The notes beneath the pieces are model-generated. The model was not told the origin of the DNA. It ran no database searches and worked only from the letters and a program-made list of their open reading frames with translations. From assembly GCA_045588575.1 (NCBI GenBank), contig JAZNEJ010000005.1, forward strand, positions 2,269 through 66,268: DNA of 64,000 nt. Direction: 5' to 3'. The translations under genes and the position numbers were made by a program. This document shows positions 1 to 9,927 of this stretch, in pieces; the first letter of the stretch is position 1, and the number at the start of each line of letters is the position of its first letter. The DNA comes from Eubacteriales bacterium. Lineage in GTDB: Bacteria > Bacillota > Clostridia > Oscillospirales > RGIG5299.

Positions 1-40
1 CGCTGCCGCCGCCGGTGATTACACAAACTTTTTTCTTCAT
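1..40 (-). CDS. 5' end of a short-chain dehydrogenase/reductase-like gene (partial, leaves window)
   Basis: Reverse strand shows an AAGGAG RBS, then ATG at 40-38 and MKKKVCVITGGGS (TGxxxG Rossmann start). Only 13 codons are visible. Confidence 0.35.
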   Translation of the reverse strand, partial: MKKKVCVITGGGS

Positions 41-126
41 AAAAGACTCCTTTTATATTATTAGCTTTATAATTTTATCATAATATAAAATAAATTGTCA
101 ATATTTTAACAAAAAGATGACAAAAT

Positions 127-160
127 AAAAAAGCACTTGCGTAATGCAAATGCTTTTTTT
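127..160 (-). terminator. Intrinsic terminator downstream of the tRNA (bidirectional shape)
   Basis: 10-bp stem AAGCACTTGC/GCAAATGCTT (1 mismatch) with a 5-nt loop. It is flanked by an A-run and a T-run. Confidence 0.55.
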
Positions 161-161
161 A

Positions 162-238
162 TGGTGGACCTTCAGGGACTCGAACCCCGGACCAACCGGT
201 TATGAGCCGGTTGCTCTAACCAACTGAGCTAAAGGTCC
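162..238 (-). tRNA. tRNA with CAU anticodon (elongator Met or lysidine-modified Ile2)
   Basis: Reverse complement GGACCTTTAGCTCAGTTGGTTAGAGCAACCGGCTCATAACCGGTTGGTCCGGGGTTCGAGTCCCTGAAGGTCCACCA folds as a cloverleaf. The acceptor stem GGACCTT/AAGGTCC pairs perfectly, the anticodon loop is CTCATAA, TTCGAGT is the T-loop, and CCA is encoded. It is not an initiator (1-72 paired, no GGG/CCC anticodon stem). Confidence 0.9.
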
Positions 239-269
239 TTTGCACAGAAACTCGTTCAATGCGCTAAAT

Positions 270-298
270 ATTTTAGCATATATTCCTTTATTTGTCAA
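270..298 (-). promoter_or_regulatory. Sigma-A type promoter for the tRNA
   Basis: Reverse strand reads TTGACA (298-293), a 17-nt spacer, then TAAAAT (275-270). This lies about 30 nt upstream of the tRNA 5' end. Confidence 0.5.
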
Positions 299-338
299 TA
301 CAAAAAATATCTTTTTTAATAAAAAAGAAATAAGTGGC

Positions 339-662
339 TCAGAAAAAAGAAATATTGCCGAAACTGTTTGATTCCGACGGCGTAAAAGGAATAGACATCG
401 CATCGCTTTGAATGGAATTAAGAGGTGTTTGAGCGCTTCTCGTTGCATTCTGGTCATAAATTCCGTCAACGAAAGCAATGTTTGCCAAAGCGGTTGAAAC
501 GGTTGCAAAAAAGAGGCTTAACGTTGCACGCTGATTATCGGTGAGCTTGGTTGCAAGCGCGCCCGCAACCGAAATTGCAATTAAATTAAGCTTTTGAGCG
601 TTTATAATAGCGTCGGGAGAACAAGCGGCCGTTGTGTCGGTAACATTATTCTTTTCATCCAT
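339..662 (-). CDS. Small hypothetical protein (107 aa from ATG 662)
   Basis: ORF with a GGGAGAG RBS 8 nt before ATG 662 (MDEKNN...). It is Ala/Leu/Ile-rich with repeated LxxIAxxxA-like segments. I could identify no catalytic motif. Confidence 0.5.
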   Translation of the reverse strand: MDEKNNVTDTTAACSPDAIINAQKLNLIAISVAGALATKLTDNQRATLSLFFATVSTALANIAFVDGIYDQNATRSAQTPLNSIQSDAMSIPFTPSESNSFGNISFF

Positions 663-711
663 TTTTATCACTCTCCCTTATAACAGTTTATGAAAAAAGG
701 AGAGAAAAGTG

Positions 712-745
712 AAAAAATCCAACTCGAAAGAGTCGGATTTTTATT
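712..745 (-). terminator. Intrinsic terminator after uvrA
   Basis: Stem ATCCAACTC/GAGTCGGAT (1 mismatch) with a GAAA loop. A T-run follows on the minus strand directly after the uvrA stop. Confidence 0.6.
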
Positions 746-746
746 T

Positions 747-3572
747 TTATTTTTTTAAAAGCGGCTTTAAAAATTTTCCCGTGTAGCTTTGCTCGCACTC
801 GGCAACCTCTTCGGGAGTACCCATTGCAACGATTTGACCGCCGTTATCGCCGCCTTCGGGACCGAGGTCTATAATATAGTCGGCGGTTTTAATAACGTCG
901 AGGTTGTGCTCAATTGTCAAAACGGTGTTACCCTCTTCGGTAAAGCGGTTTAAAACCTCAATAAGCTTTTTAACGTCGGCGGTGTGAAGTCCCGTTGTAG
1001 GCTCGTCGAGAATGTAGATGGTTCTTCCCGTTGAGCGCTTTGTAAGCTCGGTTGCCAACTTAACCCTTTGAGCCTCGCCGCCCGAAAGAGTGGTTGAGGG
1101 CTGACCTATTTTAATGTAGCCTAAGCCGACGTCGTTTAAGGTTTTAAGCTTTTTTGCAATTTTCGGCACGTTTTTAAAGAATTCCAAGCCTTCAAAAACG
1201 GTCATTTCCAAAACGTCGCTTATATTTTTGCCGTTATATTTAACTTCGAGAGTTTCTCTGTTATATCTCTTGCCCTTGCAAACCTCGCAGGGAACGTAAA
1301 TATCGGGCAAAAAGTGCATTTCAATTTTCAAAATTCCGTCGCCCTCACAGGCCTCGCATCTGCCGCCCTTGACGTTAAAGGAAAAACGTCCGGGACCGAA
1401 GCCTCTTTCCTTGGCATCGGCGGTTAAAGAGAAGAGTTCGCGAATATCGGCAAAAACACCGGTGTAGGTTGCGGGGTTGGAGCGCGGTGTTCTTCCAATG
1501 GGAGATTGGTCTATAACTATCGCTTTATCTAAATTTTCAATGCCCAAAATTTCATCGTGAACGCCTGCCTTTTCCTTGCAGCCGTTTAACTCGGAAAGAA
1601 GCTTTTTCGAAACGATTCCGTTAATAAGACTCGATTTTCCCGAACCCGACACGCCCGTTACGCAAACCGACATTCCAAGCGGAATTTTAACGTTTATGTT
1701 TTTAAGATTATGCTCTCTTGCACCTTTAATTTCAAGAAAAGCGCCGTTACCCTTTCTTCTTTTTTCGGGAACGGGAACGGAAAGCCTTCCGGAGAGATAA
1801 TTTCCGGTAATGGAATCGGTATTTTTAAGAATTTCCTCGGGAGTGCCTGCGGCAACCACCTTTCCGCCCAAAACACCTGCGCCGGGGCCGATATCAACGA
1901 TGTAATCGGCATTTAACATCGTTTCCTCGTCGTGCTCAACCACAATAACGGTGTTTCCTATATCTCTTAATTTTTTAAGGGTTCCCAACAGCTTCATATT
2001 ATCGCGCTGATGAAGGCCGATTGAAGGCTCGTCGAGAATGTATAAAACGCCCATAAGAGATGAGCCTATTTGCGTTGCGAGCCTGATTCTCTGGCTTTCG
2101 CCGCCCGAAAGACTTTCGGATGCTCTCGAAAGAGTGAGATATTCCAAACCAACGTCTTTTAAGAATGAAAGCCTTGAAATAATTTCCTTCAAAATGGGAG
2201 TGGCAATCATTTTATCGCGCTCGTTTAAGATAAGAGCTTTTAAAAAGTCAAGCTCCTTGGAGATAGATAAATTACAAAGCTCGGCAATGTTAAGACCGCC
2301 TACGGTAACGCCGAGAGATATGGGGTTAAGCCTTTGTCCGTGGCAATCGGGGCAGGGAACCGAGTTCATAACACCCTCAATTTCGGCTTTTATATAGTCG
2401 CTTGACGACTCCTTATAACGTCTTTCAAGATTGGGAATAACACCCTCGAATGAGGATTCGTAATTTAACGAGCCGTAGGTATTTTGGCGCTTCATTTTAA
2501 GCTTTTCGCCGTTGTTTCCGTATAAAATTATCTTAACGATTTCGTCGGGAAGCTCGCAAACGGGGGTGTCGAGTGAGAAGGAATAACGCTTTGCCAAGGC
2601 AGAAAAATACATTTCGGCAATGGAATTATCGCAAACGTAGTTCCAGCTTGAAGCCTTAATTGCGCCCTCTCTTATTGAAAGATTTCGGTTGGGAATAACG
2701 AGCTCGGGGTCTATTTTCATTAAAACCGAAAGACCGGAGCAGGTTTTACAAGCGCCGAAGGGATTGTTAAACGAAAACATTCGGGGCTGAAGCTCTTCAA
2801 TTGCAATATCGTGCTCAGGGCAGGCGTAGGCAAGTGAAAAAAGCATCTCCTCGTTTTCGGTTATAACCATAACCAATCCCTTCGAGGCGTTGAGCGCGGT
2901 TTCAACCGAATCGGTAATTCTTTTTTGCGAATCAGCCTTAATTATAAGGCGGTCGACTATTATTTCAATGTTGTGCTTTTTGTTTTTATCAAGCGGAATA
3001 TCTTCAAAAAGGTCGTATAATATGCCGTCGACTCTAACTCTGGTAAAGCCCGATTTTTTAAAATCGGCAAGAAGCTTGTGATATTCGCCCTTTCTTGAAC
3101 GTATTACGGGCGCAAGAATTTGAATTTTAGTGCCCTCGGGAATTACACAAATGCGGTCAACTATATTATCTAAATTTTGCTTTACGATTTCTTTTCCGCA
3201 AACAGGACAATGGGGAAGACCTATTCTTGCATAGAGCAAGCGGAGATAATCGTAAATTTCGGTTATCGTTCCAACAGTTGAACGCGGATTCTTCGAGGTT
3301 GTTTTTTGGTCTATCGAGATAGCGGGAGAAAGGCCTTCAATCGAATCGAGCTCAGGCTTATCCATCTGACCGAGAAACTGCCTTGCATAGCTCGAAAGCG
3401 ATTCAACGTATCTTCGTTGACCTTCGGCGTAAATGGTATCAAAAGCAAGAGAAGATTTACCCGAGCCTGAAATGCCCGTTAAAACGACGAGCTTATCTCG
3501 GGGTATATCAATATCAATATTTTTTAAATTGTTTTCTCTTGCGCCTCTTATTTTAATAAATTCGTTTGCCAT
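747..3572 (-). CDS. uvrA: Excinuclease ABC subunit A
   Basis: 941 aa with two Walker A motifs ([18 protein letters not shown]) and two LSGGE ABC signatures. Cys-pair zinc modules are present. It starts 11 nt after uvrB. Confidence 0.97.
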   Translation of the reverse strand: MANEFIKIRGARENNLKNIDIDIPRDKLVVLTGISGSGKSSLAFDTIYAEGQRRYVESLSSYARQFLGQMDKPELDSIEGLSPAISIDQKTTSKNPRSTVGTITEIYDYLRLLYARIGLPHCPVCGKEIVKQNLDNIVDRICVIPEGTKIQILAPVIRSRKGEYHKLLADFKKSGFTRVRVDGILYDLFEDIPLDKNKKHNIEIIVDRLIIKADSQKRITDSVETALNASKGLVMVITENEEMLFSLAYACPEHDIAIEELQPRMFSFNNPFGACKTCSGLSVLMKIDPELVIPNRNLSIREGAIKASSWNYVCDNSIAEMYFSALAKRYSFSLDTPVCELPDEIVKIILYGNNGEKLKMKRQNTYGSLNYESSFEGVIPNLERRYKESSSDYIKAEIEGVMNSVPCPDCHGQRLNPISLGVTVGGLNIAELCNLSISKELDFLKALILNERDKMIATPILKEIISRLSFLKDVGLEYLTLSRASESLSGGESQRIRLATQIGSSLMGVLYILDEPSIGLHQRDNMKLLGTLKKLRDIGNTVIVVEHDEETMLNADYIVDIGPGAGVLGGKVVAAGTPEEILKNTDSITGNYLSGRLSVPVPEKRRKGNGAFLEIKGAREHNLKNINVKIPLGMSVCVTGVSGSGKSSLINGIVSKKLLSELNGCKEKAGVHDEILGIENLDKAIVIDQSPIGRTPRSNPATYTGVFADIRELFSLTADAKERGFGPGRFSFNVKGGRCEACEGDGILKIEMHFLPDIYVPCEVCKGKRYNRETLEVKYNGKNISDVLEMTVFEGLEFFKNVPKIAKKLKTLNDVGLGYIKIGQPSTTLSGGEAQRVKLATELTKRSTGRTIYILDEPTTGLHTADVKKLIEVLNRFTEEGNTVLTIEHNLDVIKTADYIIDLGPEGGDNGGQIVAMGTPEEVAECEQSYTGKFLKPLLKK

Positions 3573-3583
3573 AGCGTTTTTCC

Positions 3584-5575
3584 TTATTTTCGTTTTTTGG
3601 ATTTGGGAGTTTCGTTTTTCAAAAGCATTATCTTATCTCTTAAGAAGGCGGCGTGCTCGAATTCAAGCATTCTTGCGGCTTCCTTCATTTGTTTTTCAAG
3701 CTCCGAAATAAGAACAAGCTTTTCCTTTTCGTTTGAAATTTTAAGCGACGCTTCCTTTGAAACTTCCTCTTTGCTCGAAATTTCAATAACCTCTCTTATA
3801 TCTTTTACTATTGAATGAGGAACTATTCCGTGCTCCTCGTTATATTTCTTTTGAATTTCTCGGCGGCGGTTTGATTCTTTAATTGCAATTTCCATAGCGG
3901 GAGTAACGCTGTCGCCATACATAATAACCTCGCCGTTTGCATTTCTTGCCGCTCTGCCGATTGTTTGAATAAGAGAGGTATCGCTTCTTAAAAAGCCGGG
4001 CTTATCGGCGTCTAAAATAGCGACGAGCGAAACCTCGGGTAAGTCTAAACCTTCTCTTAAAAGGTTAATTCCCACCAAGCAGTCGAATTCACCCGAACGA
4101 AGCTCCTTGATAATTTTCATTCTTTCGATAGTATCGATATCGTGATGCAAATATTTCGCCTTAATACCCATTCCAACGAGATAATCGCTTAAATCCTCCG
4201 CCATTTTTTTAGTAAGCGTTGTAACCAAAACACGTTCGTTTTTCTCACTGCGCGTTTTAATTTCTCCGTATAGGTCTTCAACCTGACCGCTAATGGGACG
4301 CACCGAAATTTCGGGCTCCAAAAGTCCCGTGGGACGTAAAATTTGCTCAACTATATTATCTTCGCCCGAAACCTCTCTTTCATATTGAGAGGGAGTTGCC
4401 GAAACGAAAACGGTCTGATGCACCTTTTCGTTAAATTCGTTAAAATTAAGAGGACGGTTATCAAGCGCCGAGGGAAGCCTGAACCCGTAATTTACAAGCG
4501 TTTCTTTTCTTGCTCTGTCGCCCGCATACATTCCTCTGACTTGCGGAACGGTAACGTGGCTTTCGTCAATAAAGACGATAAAATCGTCGGGGAAATAGTC
4601 CAAAAGGGTGTAGGGAGCCGAGCCTCTCGGTCTGCCGCTTAAAATGCCCGAATAGTTTTCAATGCCTTTGCAAAAGCCTGTTTCGCGTAAAAGCTCCATA
4701 TCGTAATAACTGCGTTGCTTAATTCTCTGAGCCTCAACGAATTTACCTGCATTTTCAAAATATTTTATGCGCTCCTCGGTTTCTCTTTCAATTTCGGTTA
4801 AAGCTCTTGTTAATTTATCTCTGCCGATAACGTAATGCGATGCGGGGTAGATAGCAACGTGCGAAACAAAACCCGTAACCTCACCTGTAAGACATATAAT
4901 TTCGGTAATTCTTTCAACTTCGTCGCCGAAAAATTCAATTCTGATTGCCGTTTCGGCGGAATAAGAGGGAAAAACCTCAACGGTATCGCCTTTAACGCGG
5001 AATTTATTTCTTGAAAAATCAAAATCGTTTCTTTCATATTGCATTGAAATAAGACGTCTTATAAGCTCATCTCTTTCAAGCTGCATTCCAACTCTGACAG
5101 AAAGAGTCATCTCCTCATATTCGGCAGGGTCGCCCAAGCTGTAAATGCAGGAAACGGAGGAAACTATAATAACGTCGCGTCTTTCAAATAAAGCGCTGGT
5201 GGCGGAATGCCTTAATTTTTCAATTTCATCGTTTATCGAGGAATCTTTTTCTATATAAACGTCGGTTGCGGGAAGATAAGATTCGGGCTGGTAATAGTCG
5301 TAGTAGGAAACGAAATATTCAACTGCCGAATCGGGAAAAAATTCCCTAAATTCGCTGCAAAGCTGGGCGGCGAGAATTTTGTTGTGCGCCAAAACCAAGG
5401 TAGGCTTTTTAACCTTTGCAATAACGTTTGCCATAGTAAAGGTTTTACCCGTGCCGGTAGCTCCCAAAAGCGTTTGGAATCTTTTTCCTTCTTCAATTCC
5501 TTTTGCAAGCTTTTCAATGGCGGCAGGCTGGTCGCCGGTGGGATTAAAGCTTGAATGCAATTTAAAATTACTCAT
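3584..5575 (-). CDS. uvrB: Excinuclease ABC subunit B
   Basis: Helicase motif [12 protein letters not shown]-like DESH, and a C-terminal UVR motif ([12 protein letters not shown]). I moved the start to ATG 5575 (MSNFKL), which sits behind a GAGGA RBS. Confidence 0.96.
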   Translation of the reverse strand: MSNFKLHSSFNPTGDQPAAIEKLAKGIEEGKRFQTLLGATGTGKTFTMANVIAKVKKPTLVLAHNKILAAQLCSEFREFFPDSAVEYFVSYYDYYQPESYLPATDVYIEKDSSINDEIEKLRHSATSALFERRDVIIVSSVSCIYSLGDPAEYEEMTLSVRVGMQLERDELIRRLISMQYERNDFDFSRNKFRVKGDTVEVFPSYSAETAIRIEFFGDEVERITEIICLTGEVTGFVSHVAIYPASHYVIGRDKLTRALTEIERETEERIKYFENAGKFVEAQRIKQRSYYDMELLRETGFCKGIENYSGILSGRPRGSAPYTLLDYFPDDFIVFIDESHVTVPQVRGMYAGDRARKETLVNYGFRLPSALDNRPLNFNEFNEKVHQTVFVSATPSQYEREVSGEDNIVEQILRPTGLLEPEISVRPISGQVEDLYGEIKTRSEKNERVLVTTLTKKMAEDLSDYLVGMGIKAKYLHHDIDTIERMKIIKELRSGEFDCLVGINLLREGLDLPEVSLVAILDADKPGFLRSDTSLIQTIGRAARNANGEVIMYGDSVTPAMEIAIKESNRRREIQKKYNEEHGIVPHSIVKDIREVIEISSKEEVSKEASLKISNEKEKLVLISELEKQMKEAARMLEFEHAAFLRDKIMLLKNETPKSKKRK

Positions 5576-5607
5576 TTTATCATTCCTCGGTAAATGGAGT
5601 ATATTAC

Positions 5608-5636
5608 AGTATAACATAAAACCGTAAATATGTAAA
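5608..5636 (-). promoter_or_regulatory. Putative sigma-A promoter of uvrBA
   Basis: Reverse strand reads TTTACA, 17 nt, TATACT, about 30 nt upstream of the uvrB start. Confidence 0.4.
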
Positions 5637-5700
5637 CCCCGCTATACCCAAACTTTTTTAACATAAAACTCGGAGCAAGCTTCTAATTTTTAAATTATTA

Positions 5701-5729
5701 TTGAAATTGTTATTCAGTTATGATATTAT
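5701..5729 (+). promoter_or_regulatory. Putative sigma-A promoter of the zinc-ribbon/acyl-carrier operon
   Basis: TTGAAA (5701-5706), a 17-nt spacer, then TATTAT (5724-5729), about 32 nt upstream of ATG 5762. Confidence 0.45.
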
Positions 5730-5761
5730 TATATATTATATAGATATTAGGAGGTCATATT

Positions 5762-6235
5762 ATGAAAATTTGCACCAAATGTAACAAATCGCTTGAAGAC
5801 AATATGAACTTTTGTCCTATATGCGGAGCTTCGCTTGTTGAGGTAACGCCTCTTGCAAAGGCTGAAGAAGAAAAGCCGTTAGCGCAAGAAGAGCCCAAAA
5901 AGGTTGGCCGTGGATTAAAAATAACGGCTTTAATGTTTTCGATTTTCGGATTTTTCTATGGAACTATTGATATTTTAATTGTTCTTATGAATCTTTTTCT
6001 TGAGTATCCGGTAGTAAAAGAATCTGTTTATGAAATGGCATTTGCTTTTATGATTTTCTTTTTCCCTCTCGCTTTGGTAGGCTTTATTCTTTCTCTTAAA
6101 GCAAAAAGAGCGGAAAAAACTTCAAAGGCAGCCGGACTCGGTAAGGTTTTCGGCTTGTTAGGCATTATTTTTATGAGCGTTGCTTTTGTAATAGCGCTTG
6201 ATTTATTTAAAAACGGCGGACAAATAATACTTTAA
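5762..6235 (+). CDS. Zinc-ribbon membrane protein, paralog 1 (157 aa)
   Basis: N-terminal CxxC-x10-CxxC (CTKC...CPIC), an acidic linker, then about 3 hydrophobic helices. A strong AGGAGG RBS precedes it. Confidence 0.7.
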   Translation: MKICTKCNKSLEDNMNFCPICGASLVEVTPLAKAEEEKPLAQEEPKKVGRGLKITALMFSIFGFFYGTIDILIVLMNLFLEYPVVKESVYEMAFAFMIFFFPLALVGFILSLKAKRAEKTSKAAGLGKVFGLLGIIFMSVAFVIALDLFKNGGQIIL

Positions 6236-6257
6236 AGATTTTTTAGGAGGTCATATT

Positions 6258-6731
6258 ATGAAAATTTGCACCAAATGTAACAAATCGTTTGAAGACAGTA
6301 TGAACTTTTGCGCTGTATGCGGAAGCGAGCTTACAGAGTTTACTCCCGTTTCCGCCGCTGTTGAAGCAGCACCCTGCGAAAACGAAGTAAAAAAGGTTGG
6401 TTTAGGCGCTAAAATAGCGGCAATGGTATTGTCGATAACAGGCGTTGAACTTGCTACCTTCTCATTTATTTACACCTACGTCTACGGTCTTTTCTCGGCA
6501 GCAATGGGCGTCGGTTACGTGTCGTTAATTATTGCAATTCTCTTTTCAGTGTTGATGATACCTTCTATTATAGGTTTTGCTCTTTCGCTTAAAAACATAA
6601 AAAACGGCGATAGTTCCGTTTTCACTAAAATTGGTAAAATTTTCGGATTAATTGGAATTATTTTAATCGGTGTTTTGATTTTTATAGGAATATTATTTAC
6701 CATAATCGGAATGGCAGTAGGAACGGTATAA
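6258..6731 (+). CDS. Zinc-ribbon membrane protein, paralog 2 (157 aa)
   Basis: Same length and architecture as paralog 1 (CTKC...CAVC plus about 3 TM helices), with an identical RBS and first codons. Its stop overlaps the next gene's start (TAATG). Confidence 0.7.
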   Translation: MKICTKCNKSFEDSMNFCAVCGSELTEFTPVSAAVEAAPCENEVKKVGLGAKIAAMVLSITGVELATFSFIYTYVYGLFSAAMGVGYVSLIIAILFSVLMIPSIIGFALSLKNIKNGDSSVFTKIGKIFGLIGIILIGVLIFIGILFTIIGMAVGTV

Positions 6732-8644
6732 TGAACAAAAAATTGAGGAAAGTAATCCGTCATAACAGAGATGCTCTTGTAAATTCACAAAAAACGCTTT
6801 GTGATATTTATAAAATTATGTTCGGTTTTGAAGAAAATATTCTTTGCGAATACAGTGACGGATTCCGTGTAAAAACCGAGAGCTACGGCGAGGTTTTAAA
6901 AAAAATAAATATTGCCGCATCGGGATTATACGAAAAAGTGGGAAGCACTCATCAGTATATAGCCTTGGAAATTGATAACTCGGTTGAGTGGATAGTTGCA
7001 TTTTGGGCAATTTTAAAAAGCGGAAATAAGCCCTATTTGGTTAATATGCGTTACCCGAATTCACTCACGAATAAAATCCTCAAAACGCTCGAAATAAAAT
7101 ACGTTTTGGCATTAAAAGAAACCGAGCTTGAAGCACAAACAATTGTTTTTTCAACTCTTTCGGGCAAAACGGAAATTCCCGAGGGTGAATTTGAAGACGA
7201 AATTGCATTTTCAACCTCGGCAACCTCAATGAACGAGGTAATTTGCTTTTATACGGGATATCAGATTTCCGAGCAAATTTTGAATTTTGAAGGAATAATA
7301 AAAAAAGAACCCAGAATAGCAAAGCATTATAAAGGAAGCTTAAAGCAGCTTGCATTTCTTCCTTTTTATCACGTTTTCGGCTTATTTGCGGTTTATTTTT
7401 GGTTTACCTTTTTCGGCAGAACGCTGGTATTTTTAAGGGATTATTCTTCAGATACCATCTTAAAAACCTGTAAAAGACATTTTGTTACCCACATTTTTGC
7501 GGTGCCTGTGCTTTGGCATACCGTTTCGGCGGGAATTATTGCCGCTGCAAAGGAACAGGGCGAAAAGAAATATAATAAGCTTATTAAGGGCTTGAAATTT
7601 ACCAATGCAGTTCAAAATCTTTTCCCAAGCTTTGGCCCCGAAATTGCCAAAAGCGTTATGGGTGAGGTTACCAAAAAGGTTTTCGGCAAATCGGTTATGT
7701 TTTGCATTAACGGCGGAAGCTACGTTAAAAACGAAACGCTCGAGCTTTTAAACGGCATCGGCTACAACCTTTATAACGGCTACGGAATGAGCGAAATAGG
7801 AATAACGTCGGTTGAACTTGCAAGAAAGCCAAAGGAGCGAAATTCAAACTCAATAGGCGCGCCTTTTTCGTCGGTTAAATATAAAATCGGGGAAGACGGC
7901 GTTTTAAGCGTAAGCGGCAGCTCACTTTGCGTTAAAAAGATTATAAACGGTAAAACCGAGCTTTTAAACGGCGAATTTTACACCGGCGACAAAATGGAAG
8001 AAAGAAACGGAAAATATTACATACTCGGCCGTCTTGGCGACGTTGTAATCGGCGAAAACGGTGAAAATATAAACCCCGATTCGATTGAAAAGCAAATAAT
8101 ATTGCCCGAAGCGCTTGCTTTTTCAGTTTTGGGAATTCAAGGCGCAAACGGTCAGGAGCTTTCGGTTGTGGTGCAGGTAAGCGAGTTTATTTCCGAAGAA
8201 AAAATAGAAAAAATAAAGAGTGAAATTTATAAATATAACGATACCTTACCCAAAGCAACCGCTATAAGAAAATTCTATTTCACAACGAATAATCTTGCGG
8301 CTGAGGGCGCAATTAAGGTAAGCCGAGTTCAGCTTGTTAAAAAAATAGAAAACGGCGAGGTAAGCCTTACCGAATTTGCCGATATGAAGGTAACTTCTCA
8401 AACGGGCGAGGAGTCGCCTTTAACCGAGGCGGTTAAGGAAATAGTAGCTTCTGTCTTGTCAGTTAAGGCGGAAGATATAGCTTCAGACGCTCACCTCTTT
8501 TACGACCTCGGCGCAACCAGCATACAGTATTTTTCAATTCTCACACGTCTTGCGGAGAAATTTTCAATAAACGATTATCAAAAAACCGATAGTTATTGCT
8601 ACACCGTTAAAGAAATTTGCGAATATATAGGAAAACGAATTTAA
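6731..8644 (+). CDS. Acyl-adenylating (AMP-forming ligase) enzyme fused to a C-terminal carrier-protein domain
   Basis: ANL-superfamily motifs LPFYHVFG, GYGMSEIG, FYTGD and GRLGDVVIGENGENI. The C-terminal ~80 aa are a 4-helix carrier-like region with LGATS at the phosphopantetheine-site position. The P-loop region reads STSATSMNEV rather than TSGTTGxPKG. Confidence 0.85.
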   Translation: MNKKLRKVIRHNRDALVNSQKTLCDIYKIMFGFEENILCEYSDGFRVKTESYGEVLKKINIAASGLYEKVGSTHQYIALEIDNSVEWIVAFWAILKSGNKPYLVNMRYPNSLTNKILKTLEIKYVLALKETELEAQTIVFSTLSGKTEIPEGEFEDEIAFSTSATSMNEVICFYTGYQISEQILNFEGIIKKEPRIAKHYKGSLKQLAFLPFYHVFGLFAVYFWFTFFGRTLVFLRDYSSDTILKTCKRHFVTHIFAVPVLWHTVSAGIIAAAKEQGEKKYNKLIKGLKFTNAVQNLFPSFGPEIAKSVMGEVTKKVFGKSVMFCINGGSYVKNETLELLNGIGYNLYNGYGMSEIGITSVELARKPKERNSNSIGAPFSSVKYKIGEDGVLSVSGSSLCVKKIINGKTELLNGEFYTGDKMEERNGKYYILGRLGDVVIGENGENINPDSIEKQIILPEALAFSVLGIQGANGQELSVVVQVSEFISEEKIEKIKSEIYKYNDTLPKATAIRKFYFTTNNLAAEGAIKVSRVQLVKKIENGEVSLTEFADMKVTSQTGEESPLTEAVKEIVASVLSVKAEDIASDAHLFYDLGATSIQYFSILTRLAEKFSINDYQKTDSYCYTVKEICEYIGKRI

Positions 8645-8645
8645 T

Positions 8646-9926
8646 ATGAAGAAAAAATGGTTTATAAACTTGTTTCTCGCATTCACTAAAATAACGGGAA
8701 TAATTCCCGCCTACCTTTTTTTAAAGCCGCGAGTATTCTTGGAAAACGGGGCAAAACGCCGTCTTCCCAAAAATTGCATATTGGTTTCAAACCACAAATC
8801 GCTTTTGGACTTTGTTCTTTATTTAGTGGTTTTTCCCTTTAACACAATTCGCTTTTTAATGGCGGAGGTGCTTTATAATAAGGGCGCCTTTTTCGGATTT
8901 TTGCTTAACTCGTGGGGCGGAATTAAGGTGGAGCGCGATGCGCGAGATTTTTCTTTCGTTTCCGAATGTCTTGAAATTTTAGATAACGGCGGGAAAATAG
9001 GAATATTTCCCGAATCTCGCTTGCCGATAAACGGAAAACCGTTTCCTTTCACAACCAGCACCGCTTTTATTGCAATGCATTCAAACGCGCCGATAGTCCC
9101 CGTTTACACAAACGGCAGATACGGCATTTTTAAACGCACCTCCGTTTGCATAGGAAAACCGTTTTACCTTTCCGATTATATGAAAGAGGGCTTAAACGAA
9201 GAGGAGCAGATAAAGCATCTTACAGACGTTATAGAAAGTAAGGTTTACGAGCTTAAAAAACAAATGGAGGTTAAAATGGAACAACACCGCCTTTTTAACC
9301 TTAAAAGTATTCCTATGGATATGGCTCGCTTGGTTTCATCGGTTTTAATTCCCGTTTTAAGAATAAAACGTTTAACGCCCGAAGGCAAAAAATATAAAGA
9401 AAAAATAAAGGGCGGCGCGATTATTGCCGCAAATCACACCTCGTTTATCGACCCGTTTGTAGTGGGCATAACCTTTTGGTACAGAAGAATGTATTTCCTC
9501 GTTGCCGAAATAGTTATGAATAAAAAGCTTCGCGCAATGCTTTTAAAGGGCGTCGGAGCAATAAAAATAGACAGAAACGGAACCGATATAGAAGCCATTG
9601 AAAAATCGGTAGCCAAGCTAAAAAAAGGCTATCTTCTCACTGTTTTTCCGCAAGGCGGAATAAGCAGAAACGACGATATAGTTTCAATTAAAGCGGGCAC
9701 CGTGCTTTTGGCAATAAAGGCCGGCGTGCCAATTGTGCCAATGCATATTCTTCCAAGAAAACGCTGGTATAATACCAGAACGGTGATTATAGGGAAAACA
9801 ATAAATCCCAAAGACTATTTCCAAAGAAAATTTCCCAGCACGGCAGATATTAACAACGTTTCTGCCGCTTTAATTGATGAATTAAACCGTTTGAAATCGC
9901 TAAACGATGATATTATCGGAGGATAA
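8646..9926 (+). CDS. Tandem double PlsC/LPLAT-family acyltransferase (two acyltransferase domains in one 426-aa protein)
   Basis: Domain 1 has NHKSLLD, GGIKVER, FPESR and PIVPV. Domain 2 has NHTSFID, GAIKIDR, FPQGG and PIVPM. There is an N-terminal hydrophobic segment, and the start lies 1 nt after the upstream stop. Confidence 0.85.
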   Translation: MKKKWFINLFLAFTKITGIIPAYLFLKPRVFLENGAKRRLPKNCILVSNHKSLLDFVLYLVVFPFNTIRFLMAEVLYNKGAFFGFLLNSWGGIKVERDARDFSFVSECLEILDNGGKIGIFPESRLPINGKPFPFTTSTAFIAMHSNAPIVPVYTNGRYGIFKRTSVCIGKPFYLSDYMKEGLNEEEQIKHLTDVIESKVYELKKQMEVKMEQHRLFNLKSIPMDMARLVSSVLIPVLRIKRLTPEGKKYKEKIKGGAIIAANHTSFIDPFVVGITFWYRRMYFLVAEIVMNKKLRAMLLKGVGAIKIDRNGTDIEAIEKSVAKLKKGYLLTVFPQGGISRNDDIVSIKAGTVLLAIKAGVPIVPMHILPRKRWYNTRTVIIGKTINPKDYFQRKFPSTADINNVSAALIDELNRLKSLNDDIIGG

Positions 9927-9927
9927 A

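Noticed and set aside
200-508. 102-aa minus-strand ORF from the six-frame track
   Set aside because: It overlaps the tRNA gene and its promoter, has no RBS, and has a low-complexity sequence. I treat it as spurious.
5576-5700. Search for a LexA/Cheo box (GAAC-N4-GTTC) upstream of uvrB
   Set aside because: No GAAC or GTTC half-sites are present in this interval, so I cannot support an SOS operator.
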